64,000 bases of DNA, from the NCBI GenBank assembly GCA_964419095.1, contig CAYQOG010000001.1:15759-79758 (forward strand). Reading direction: 5' to 3'. Of this stretch, positions 28,773 to 35,839 are shown piece after piece. Position 1 is the first letter of the stretch. Every line of letters begins with the position of its first letter. The stretch is from Candidatus Micrarchaeota archaeon. Lineage in GTDB: Archaea > Micrarchaeota > Micrarchaeia > Micrarchaeales > CABMGC01. The notes beneath the pieces are model-generated. The model worked only from the letters and a program-made list of their open reading frames with translations, had not been told where the DNA came from and searched no databases. Position numbers and translations under genes: made by a program.

Positions 28773-29015
28773 ATGTCAAACGGAACGATACGATACGGAG
28801 TAGGATTGAGGAAAAGGTTCGCGGCAGTCTCGCAGGAGAAGAAGGCCAGATACAAGTGCGACGTCTGCGGAAAGACGGCCGTCAAGAGAATAAGCACGGG
28901 GATATGGAACTGCAGGTACTGCAATGCCACATTCGCAGGAGGCGCCTATTCGCTCAAGACGGCAGCCGGAGAGACGGTCAGCATGATACTCAACAGGAGA
29001 AACGAGTCCAGGTAG
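28773..29015 (+). CDS. rpl37ae: Ribosomal protein L37Ae (eL43)
   Basis: GTIRYGVGLRKR...KARYKCDVCGK..VKR.STGIWNCRYC zinc ribbon. The ATG is 1 nt after the rrp42 stop. Confidence 0.9.
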   Translation: MSNGTIRYGVGLRKRFAAVSQEKKARYKCDVCGKTAVKRISTGIWNCRYCNATFAGGAYSLKTAAGETVSMILNRRNESR

Positions 29016-29020
29016 ATCAA

Positions 29021-29386
29021 TTGGTAAGGATAACCTACGAGCCGACCAACGAGGTCGTCATACACGACGTCATAGCGGTAGAGGTGGACACGCTGCTCAG
29101 GGGAAGGGTCACGCCTGCGGGAACAATGCCACTCTACTGGTGCAACGGCATACTCTTCACGTTCTCATCGCTTCCGCTCACGGACGAGGTAGTCAAGGAC
29201 TACATGCGCGGAAAGATCCATTGGCTCGAAGTGCAGTTTGCCAAGATGCCCGCGTACAAGCCAATACTCACCTTAAACGAGGAGGAATACAAGGGCTCGA
29301 TGAACATAAGGATAATAGACACTACAGCCAGCCCCATACACAGCGAGCTCGCGAAGTGGCTCAAAACCGGGATAAAGCAGCCTTAA
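29021..29386 (+). CDS. Hypothetical protein in the exosome superoperon, in the slot usually held by a Brix/Imp4-like gene
   Basis: Open frame between rpl37ae and rpoP. The only plausible start is the TTG at 29021, after GGTAG. No recognisable motif. Confidence 0.4.
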   Translation: MVRITYEPTNEVVIHDVIAVEVDTLLRGRVTPAGTMPLYWCNGILFTFSSLPLTDEVVKDYMRGKIHWLEVQFAKMPAYKPILTLNEEEYKGSMNIRIIDTTASPIHSELAKWLKTGIKQP

Positions 29387-29413
29387 TAATCATTAGGAAA
29401 TAAATGTGATACC

Positions 29414-29545
29414 ATGCCATACGTTTGCCTGCATTGCGGAAAAGAAGTGAAGAGCCTTGAGAAGTTCATCAGGTGCCCATACTGCGGTTACAGGGTTCTC
29501 GCAAAGAAGAGATCATCGCTTGCAAAGACTGTTTCTACAGACTGA
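29414..29545 (+). CDS. rpoP: RNA polymerase subunit P (Rpo12/RpoP, RPABC4 homolog)
   Basis: 43 aa: MPYVCLHCGKEVKSLEKFIRCPYCGYRVLAKKRSSLAKTVSTD, a CxxC...CxxC ribbon. Below the ORF-track size cutoff. Canonical position after L37Ae. Confidence 0.8.
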   Translation: MPYVCLHCGKEVKSLEKFIRCPYCGYRVLAKKRSSLAKTVSTD

Positions 29546-29564
29546 AAGCCGATTAAGGAGTAGA

Positions 29565-29831
29565 CTACTGCGGCGCGGCCCTGACCACTATGCCCTCTCC
29601 TATCTTCGTTACACGGTCGAAGGTTATGCTGTTCTTCATGAAGTCGCTGCGCACATTCCCGCTCCTTGCCAGTTGCTCAAGCTTATTCAGCAGAAGATGA
29701 GATACCGAATTAGATGAAAGGTCAATTATTACGCCCTTGACCTCCCCAAGGTCGCCTCCCGATGAAGAGATCACCCGCTTCCCGTACAAATCTGAAATTC
29801 TTATTGCCACAATCCCACTACTCGATGACAA
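29565..29831 (-). CDS. PRC-barrel domain protein
   Basis: ISDLYGKRVISSSGGDLGEVKGVIIDLSSNSVSHLLL matches the PRC-barrel pattern. Confidence 0.65.
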   Translation of the reverse strand: MSSSSGIVAIRISDLYGKRVISSSGGDLGEVKGVIIDLSSNSVSHLLLNKLEQLARSGNVRSDFMKNSITFDRVTKIGEGIVVRAAPQ

Positions 29832-30372
29832 GCCTGCTTATCTTCTTTGAAGCAAAGACTCTGACTATATACTCTTTGAGAGTATTTATAAAAGCGTCGT
29901 TATCTTTCTCCTTTTCAGCGAGCTCATCCTTCTCAAACATGTCAGGATTTCCTTCCACAAGGTGGCGCAGATACCTGTCGCTAATGTGGTAGTATCTCTT
30001 CCTGCAGGATTCGCATGAGAAGATCGGGATTACGGGAACGTCATCTATCTCTTCCGGTTTCTTAAGGTCAAGCTCCCTGACCACTCTGCCTTTGCAGTTG
30101 GTGCAATGAACCTTAAGCGCTATCCGTGAATACGAATCGACTTCTATTACTTTTGGATTGAAAGCGCTGCCAAGGTATGCGTAAAGGAGCGAATCAACCT
30201 TGCCTCCCTTTGAATAGACCTGATTTAGTATCTCTCCGGAATCGCTGAACTGGGTGATCAGCACTCCGCGCTTCGTCGGCTCCGCGATGCAGAGGCACTG
30301 CTTTCCCTCGACAGAATAGGTCGAGGTCCTATGCCTCCCCTCAGGGCTCCTGAAAACCTCCAACTCCTGCAT
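29818..30372 (-). CDS. Hypothetical zinc-ribbon protein
   Basis: CTNC...(32 aa)...CESC ribbon and an acidic helical C-terminus. Translationally coupled to the histone gene (1-nt gap) and overlaps the PRC-barrel gene by 14 nt. Confidence 0.5.
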   Translation of the reverse strand: MQELEVFRSPEGRHRTSTYSVEGKQCLCIAEPTKRGVLITQFSDSGEILNQVYSKGGKVDSLLYAYLGSAFNPKVIEVDSYSRIALKVHCTNCKGRVVRELDLKKPEEIDDVPVIPIFSCESCRKRYYHISDRYLRHLVEGNPDMFEKDELAEKEKDNDAFINTLKEYIVRVFASKKISRLVIE

Positions 30373-30373
30373 T

Positions 30374-30610
30374 CTAACCCCTGCTTATCACGTATTTCGA
30401 TATGTCCTTCTTGGTCACTTTGCCCCGTTTCTCCTTTTTTGCATTCTCAACGGCGAACTTCGAGATCCTTTCCGCCTCGGACTCAAGCATCCGCGCAAGC
30501 TCATCCACGCCGCTCTCGGTTATGTTCGCGTTGAAATAGCCCTTCACAAGCTGCTTTATAGCAGCCCTAGGTATTTTTGCCATAAGATCAGCACTCAAGA
30601 TCTTCATCAC
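30374..30610 (-). CDS. Archaeal histone-fold protein
   Basis: IPRAAIKQLVKGYFNANITESGVDELARMLESEAERISKFAVENAKKEKRGKVTKKDISKYV aligns by eye to the HMf-type histone fold (LPxAPIxRIxK...AxHAGRKTVxxxDI). Confidence 0.75.
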   Translation of the reverse strand: MMKILSADLMAKIPRAAIKQLVKGYFNANITESGVDELARMLESEAERISKFAVENAKKEKRGKVTKKDISKYVISRG

Positions 30611-30778
30611 AAATCAGAAATATATGGCTCATCACGATGATAAATGGACAAGAAAGGATATAAATGCGACAGCGGAACCGAGAACAGCCGCTAACCGTAG
30701 CAAAGGGATACGTATCTGCACGTAGTGCCACATAACGTTTTAAATACTGATTGCGGCAAGATAACTCTGTTGGTTCCT

Positions 30779-32167
30779 ATGATAGATATAACAAAGGATA
30801 ATTTTGAAGCAGAGGTACTCAAGTCTGGAATACCTGTTGTCGTAGATGCATGGGCCGTTTGGTGTGGCCCCTGCGTAACTCCAGATACTGTACTCTTAGG
30901 AGACAACAAACCGATTTCTCAAGTCCAAGCAAACGATTATGTTTTCACGCAAACAGGGCATAATCAAGTTAAGGATAGTTTCAGCAGGCAATACGATGGT
31001 GATATTCTTACTGTCAAAGCCTGTGGGATGCTCCCGTTCCAAATTACGCCAGAACATCCTGTATTGATATCTACTTCAGAATCAACGGACAGGATTATAG
31101 GTATGTCAAGCACTTACTGGAAGGAAGCAGGCAATCTCATAGCCAAAGAGAAAGACGACGACGGCGATTATCTGGTTATACCAAAACTGAAGGGCAATAC
31201 AGATACAAAATTAATTAGCCTGGGAAAGTACATAGCAGACAGAAATATCAGTATGGCTTCCCGCAAGAATGTGCCGCTGGAATTCCCCCTAAATGAAGAT
31301 ACGGCATGGCTCCTGGGTCTCTATGTCGCAGAAGGAAACGCAAGCGATAATGCAGTCGTGTTCAATCTGGGAGCAAAAGAGGTAAAACTGCAAAATGAGG
31401 TAATCAGAATAGGCAAGGATCTTGGATATTCCCCCTGCATAAGCCATTCATCCCAAAGCGCAGTCAAAGTCTCTATCAAGTCAAGGTTGCTTACAAGGGC
31501 GTTCCCAGAATGGTGCGGACATCTGGCCCCAAACAAGAAGATACCCGACTTCATCCTGATGCATAAAAACGATGCAATTCCAAAGAAATTCCTTGAAGGC
31601 TATCTGATCGGTGACGGGAACAAGAGGGATGGCATGCAATTTGCAAGATCTGTATCGAAGCTATTGATGATACAACTGCAACTGCTTTATACGCGATTTG
31701 GCAAATTCGCAGTCTTACAACTATCTCAAAAAGGCGGAGTGTCAAAAATACTAGGCAGGACTGTCCATACGCATGACATGTATACTATGTGCGTAAGGGA
31801 AAACGGCGCAACACAGGCAAGGCAGACTCCTGAATACATATACGTCCCTATAAGGGAAATAACGCGAAAAGCTTACTCTGGTGTAGTATGCAACATAGAA
31901 ACTGCTGACAACACCTACCTGATAAACAATGCAGTTGTACACAACTGCAGGATCTTCTCCCCGATATTCGAAGGCCTGGAGAAGGACTTCTCAAAGAAGG
32001 TAAAGTTCGCGAAGCTCAACGTGGACGAGAATCCCGACATCTCAGGAGAGTACAACATAATGAGCATACCCACCACGCTTCTTTTCGAGAAAGGCAACGT
32101 AAAGGCCATGTCCGTGGGCGCGGTGCCCAAGGAGGACTTCAAGAAGTGGCTGGAGAAAAACCTTTAA
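30779..32167 (+). CDS. trx: Thioredoxin precursor interrupted by an intein (spliced product predicted at 104 aa)
   Basis: N-extein MIDITKDNFEAEVLKSGIPVVVDAWAVWCGP and C-extein CRIFSPIFEGLEKDF...NVDENPDISGEYNIMSIPTTLLFEKG join to a canonical WCGPC thioredoxin. Confidence 0.9.
   Translation: MIDITKDNFEAEVLKSGIPVVVDAWAVWCGPCVTPDTVLLGDNKPISQVQANDYVFTQTGHNQVKDSFSRQYDGDILTVKACGMLPFQITPEHPVLISTSESTDRIIGMSSTYWKEAGNLIAKEKDDDGDYLVIPKLKGNTDTKLISLGKYIADRNISMASRKNVPLEFPLNEDTAWLLGLYVAEGNASDNAVVFNLGAKEVKLQNEVIRIGKDLGYSPCISHSSQSAVKVSIKSRLLTRAFPEWCGHLAPNKKIPDFILMHKNDAIPKKFLEGYLIGDGNKRDGMQFARSVSKLLMIQLQLLYTRFGKFAVLQLSQKGGVSKILGRTVHTHDMYTMCVRENGATQARQTPEYIYVPIREITRKAYSGVVCNIETADNTYLINNAVVHNCRIFSPIFEGLEKDFSKKVKFAKLNVDENPDISGEYNIMSIPTTLLFEKGNVKAMSVGAVPKEDFKKWLEKNL
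30872..31945 (+). mobile_element. Intein (358 aa) with LAGLIDADG homing-endonuclease domain
   Basis: Cys1 (CVTPDTVLL), block B ITPEHPVL, LAGLIDADG motifs LLGLYVAEGN and FLEGYLIGDGN, block F/G VVCNIETADNTYLINNAVVHN, then Cys+1. Confidence 0.9.
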
Positions 32168-32203
32168 CCCTTCTTCTACCATACATAATGTGCGGTTTTG
32201 CGT

Positions 32204-33478
32204 ATGCCAGTAGAATTACTCAGGGGCATGAGGGACTTCGGCCCAGCCGAAGCAATAAGGCTGCGCGAGATAATATCCAGGGTAGAGGACATCTTCAGGA
32301 GGTTCGGCTTCTATCCCATAGAGACGCCAAGCCTTGAGAGCAAGGACGTGCTGACCGCAAAGGCATACGGGCAGGAGGCAAACAAGGAGCTCTATATGCT
32401 TGAAGGAGGGGACGCAGGTCTTGTATACGATCTGACGGTTCCGCTTGCGCGATACGTTTCGATGAACAAGGACCTTGCGCTCCCTTTCAAAAGGTACCAG
32501 ATAGCGAAGGCCTGGCGCAGGGACGAGCCGCAGAAGATGCGCTCAAGGGAATTCATGCAGGCAGACATAGACATAGTGGGCAGCCGGGAGCCTTCGGCAG
32601 AGGCGGAAGTGATAGGCGCAACCGGACTTTCGCTCGAAGCTGTAGGGATAATGGACTACACGATAGCGATAAGCAGCAGGGTAATGCTCAATGGAGTACT
32701 CAACCTATTCAAGGTCCCTAAGGAAAAGCAGAACAGCGCCATAATAACCATCGACAAGATGGGCAAGATAAGCCGCGACGAGGCGATAAAGCAGATAGCG
32801 GCCCTTGGAATGGAGACCAGGGACGCGGAAGGCCTTCTCAACTTCATAAACGAGGAGATGGCTAATGAGGAAAAACTCAAGAAGCTTGCAGCCAATGTCC
32901 CTGAAGCGAAGGAGGAAACGGATAGGCTTGCAGTGATAATCGGGCTGCTCTCAAACTATCATCTCAACGGAACGATAAAAGTTGATTTGTCCCTCGCAAG
33001 GGGCCTGGACTATTACACCGGCACGGTCTGGGAATTCATAGCGATGAGGAACAACGAGCGCCTTCCGACGATCGCCTCAGGAGGCAGGTACGACTCGCTG
33101 ATAGAAATATACTCGAAGACGCCGCAGCCTGCTGTGGGTTCCTCAATAGGCATAAGCAGGGCATTCGAGCTTACAAAGAGCACGGATCCCAAGTCCACGT
33201 ATGCAAGAATATACATAGCGAACATAGGTCCTATGAATTACGATTACGCGGTGACCATCGCAAACTTCATGAGGTCGAGGGGGATAAGCGCCGATCTCAA
33301 TGTGACTACAAGGAGCATCTCAAAGCAGCTCGAGTATGCCAATTCGATGAAGATAAAGTACACGGCTGTGGTTGGAGACAGGGAAAGGGAAGCCAACAAA
33401 ATACGACTTCGGGACATGGATACGGGAAACGAAGAGTTATTAGACCTTGAGGAAACAATAAAGAAGCTGCAGGGCTGA
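32204..33478 (+). CDS. hisS: Histidine-tRNA ligase
   Basis: LRGMRDF, class II motifs (YQIAKAWRRDEPQKMRSREFMQADID, GGRYD, GSSIGISR) and an anticodon-binding C-terminus. ATG 32204 preferred over TTG 32198. Confidence 0.93.
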   Translation: MPVELLRGMRDFGPAEAIRLREIISRVEDIFRRFGFYPIETPSLESKDVLTAKAYGQEANKELYMLEGGDAGLVYDLTVPLARYVSMNKDLALPFKRYQIAKAWRRDEPQKMRSREFMQADIDIVGSREPSAEAEVIGATGLSLEAVGIMDYTIAISSRVMLNGVLNLFKVPKEKQNSAIITIDKMGKISRDEAIKQIAALGMETRDAEGLLNFINEEMANEEKLKKLAANVPEAKEETDRLAVIIGLLSNYHLNGTIKVDLSLARGLDYYTGTVWEFIAMRNNERLPTIASGGRYDSLIEIYSKTPQPAVGSSIGISRAFELTKSTDPKSTYARIYIANIGPMNYDYAVTIANFMRSRGISADLNVTTRSISKQLEYANSMKIKYTAVVGDREREANKIRLRDMDTGNEELLDLEETIKKLQG

Positions 33479-33482
33479 TCGC

Positions 33483-33974
33483 ATGGCAAGGAGCGAAGTC
33501 GAAGAGACAACTCACAGAGTTATCGAGAAAGGAGGACTGCTGGTCAGGCTCTATTTTGACGTTCACACTGAAGCAAAGGAGGACCTCCAGGCGCTCCTCG
33601 CCGACATGATAAACAACAAGCTGCTCAAGGCAGACGGAGTGGTCTATTGCTTCGGCGAGATAGACGAGCCCGTGAGCAGGGAGGGATCCTACAGCACAAG
33701 CGCAATAGTCACGGTCTTGGTTGACAGCCTCGAGCACCTTCTCAATGTCGTATTCACGTTCGCCCCGGCAGCCCTGGAAATCATGAAGCCTGAAAAGCAA
33801 TATATCATAAGGCAATCCGACCTGCAGAGCGCGCTTGTAACGCTTTCGTCAATATCTGCAGGATATTCCGAGTACATACTGAAGAGGGTAATGAAGCCTG
33901 AGGACTACGACAAGATCAGAGACGACCTCAGGGCAAGGGAGGAGTTGGGCAAGAAGATAATTAAGAAAGAATGA
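33483..33974 (+). CDS. Hypothetical protein, 4 nt downstream of hisS
   Basis: Protein-like composition and tight coupling to hisS. No motif recognised. Confidence 0.45.
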   Translation: MARSEVEETTHRVIEKGGLLVRLYFDVHTEAKEDLQALLADMINNKLLKADGVVYCFGEIDEPVSREGSYSTSAIVTVLVDSLEHLLNVVFTFAPAALEIMKPEKQYIIRQSDLQSALVTLSSISAGYSEYILKRVMKPEDYDKIRDDLRAREELGKKIIKKE

Positions 33975-34059
33975 CTTATCAGAATTGAAGTAAAAGTTCG
34001 AACGGCATAATCGTGATAATTGCTCCTCTACAGGTTCGGTAGGTTTCGCAGGGGAGGGG

Positions 34060-34583
34060 GTGATTTCTGCCTCCCCCAACGCCTCCGAACATCCTGCCCG
34101 CGCCTTCGCTCTGGCAAGGCCGAGTATTGCCCGCTCATGTATCATGTCCCTTTCGAAATCGGCAAAAGCCGCCGGAACCCGCGCCAAAAGAAGAGAGCAA
34201 CAGATTCTCAGCCGGGATGCTCGGGAAAACTGATACTACGAAATACCGCACCAAACAGCGTTGCAAGGAATCTATGAAAATTTAGAGTTAAAGAACTTCT
34301 GGTAGCTAATGGCGGCAGATTCTATCCCGCAAATTACAAAATAACCCGGCCCACAGGCTGGCATGCCTGGGAAACTGGAGGCGAATTGGCTATGCCAAGG
34401 GCAGAAGACCCAGAAAGGACCCTTTTCTACGCTCATGGAATTCGTAGGCCTTCTATTTTCGTAGGCTCTGACGCATGCACATCGGATCTTGGAAGACGCT
34501 TCTATCTAGATGCATCAAGTGCGGCTACATATCGGGCCCCGCTTATTGCGCATGGAGGAGACCCACGCTGCAGTAATCACCAT
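34060..34583 (-). pseudogene. Decayed small serine recombinase (resolvase/invertase family)
   Basis: Four family motifs are recoverable on the minus strand, but in different frames and separated by stops: MVITAAWVSS (YxRVSS with Arg>Trp), ERRKGSFLGLL, LFCNLRDRICR (LDRLxR), and AAFADFERDMIHERAILGLARAKARAG. Confidence 0.6.
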
Positions 34584-34634
34584 TCCTGAAGAGAGAACGC
34601 CTGCCTCCCGGAGCGACAATACGGGTCGAGTAAG

Positions 34635-35807
34635 TCAGTCGGCAAGGCCTCTCAGGAAGAATCTCTTTATGACCACGCTCGGAAGGTCCATGTCCCCGTA
34701 TCTTTCCAGGAAACCCTCAATGCCAAGCTTCTTCGAGACGCTTACTATTCTACCCAAATTCTCATGGCTGAGTGACGAATAGAATTTATTGGCCATGGAA
34801 TGCAATCGCATCTCAAGCCCATACTTCTTCATGAATGCGGTCTCATAATCCGCAAGGCTCGCGCCGTTGCTGAGATGCTTCCCTATCGATTCTGCCGCAA
34901 TCAAGGCCGCATTGCTTCCGAATATTATCCCCCCGCCTGTAGTTGCCTTGACCTGGCCTGCCGCATCGCCGACCAGCAGCACGCGCCTCTTTTCATCTAC
35001 AATCCTCTCCCGCCTTGCCATCGGTATGATGCTGGCGCCTCCTGTGATGGGGCGATGGCCATCAACCATGTCGGCCACCGCCTTGGTCTGCACGAATCTC
35101 TCGAATGCGAGCTTGCTGTTCCTGAAACCCGTGTCCACTCCTATGCCCACTTCGAGTATGTCGCGCGTATTGGGGCACATCCAGCCGAATAAGCCCGGAG
35201 TGAACCTGTTATCGAAGAAAAGGTCGACGATTTCGGGGTTCCCTGCCGAGACATTGTACTCTGCCTTGTAGGTCAGCGAATACCTTGGAATCTGGCCCAT
35301 CGAGAAGTGCCTTGCCACTGTGGAAACGGCGCCATCCGCACCTATTATTATGCCATTCCTGCTTATCGAATCGAGCTCCGCAGCCGATACCCGCTTTCTG
35401 GTTTCAACTGCCGCTCCTGCCGAAGCCGCATCATCCTTGCATATCCCATTGAGCCTCTTCCTGTCCAGCACCACTGCTACAGGATCCTTGGTCCTTATGC
35501 TAAGAGTCTTCCCTCCCGCATGTATGTTCGCGCCTTTCAGCGTGTTTGTCAGTGCGGTCCTGTAATCCACTCCAAGGCTACGCAGTCCTTTCACGGAGAG
35601 TATCCCCGATGCATGTATCGGGTGGCCAATGACCGCCTTCTGCTCGTAGACCCTGGTGGAAATGCCCTTTTCAGCTAGCGCTCTTGCTGCAATCATGCCC
35701 GCAGTTCCGCCGCCGATGACCGATACCTTCTCCTTCAAACAAGCACCGTAGTCTGCTTTATATAGCTTATCTAACAAAGATAAAATCGAATACTTATCAG
35801 CTGGCAA
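34635..35807 (-). CDS. Geranylgeranyl reductase-family FAD-dependent oxidoreductase
   Basis: FAD fold VSVIGGGTAGMIAARALAEKG, LLVGDAAGQVKATTGGGI, ~390 aa. Start codon uncertain (TTG). Confidence 0.8.
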   Translation of the reverse strand: MPADKYSILSLLDKLYKADYGACLKEKVSVIGGGTAGMIAARALAEKGISTRVYEQKAVIGHPIHASGILSVKGLRSLGVDYRTALTNTLKGANIHAGGKTLSIRTKDPVAVVLDRKRLNGICKDDAASAGAAVETRKRVSAAELDSISRNGIIIGADGAVSTVARHFSMGQIPRYSLTYKAEYNVSAGNPEIVDLFFDNRFTPGLFGWMCPNTRDILEVGIGVDTGFRNSKLAFERFVQTKAVADMVDGHRPITGGASIIPMARRERIVDEKRRVLLVGDAAGQVKATTGGGIIFGSNAALIAAESIGKHLSNGASLADYETAFMKKYGLEMRLHSMANKFYSSLSHENLGRIVSVSKKLGIEGFLERYGDMDLPSVVIKRFFLRGLAD

Positions 35808-35839
35808 ACTTATTTATCCTGTTCGGTGCGTGGCATAAT

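Noticed and set aside
29457-29717. 86-aa plus-strand ORF from the track.
   Set aside because: It overlaps the better-supported rpoP frame (29414-29545) and the antisense PRC-barrel gene, and has no motif.
34020-34782. Track ORFs 34020-34277, 34386-34589 and 34510-34782 (plus strand) in the hisS-GGR gap.
   Set aside because: The region is better explained as the antisense of a decayed serine recombinase. These frames carry no motifs, and the last one runs into the GGR gene.
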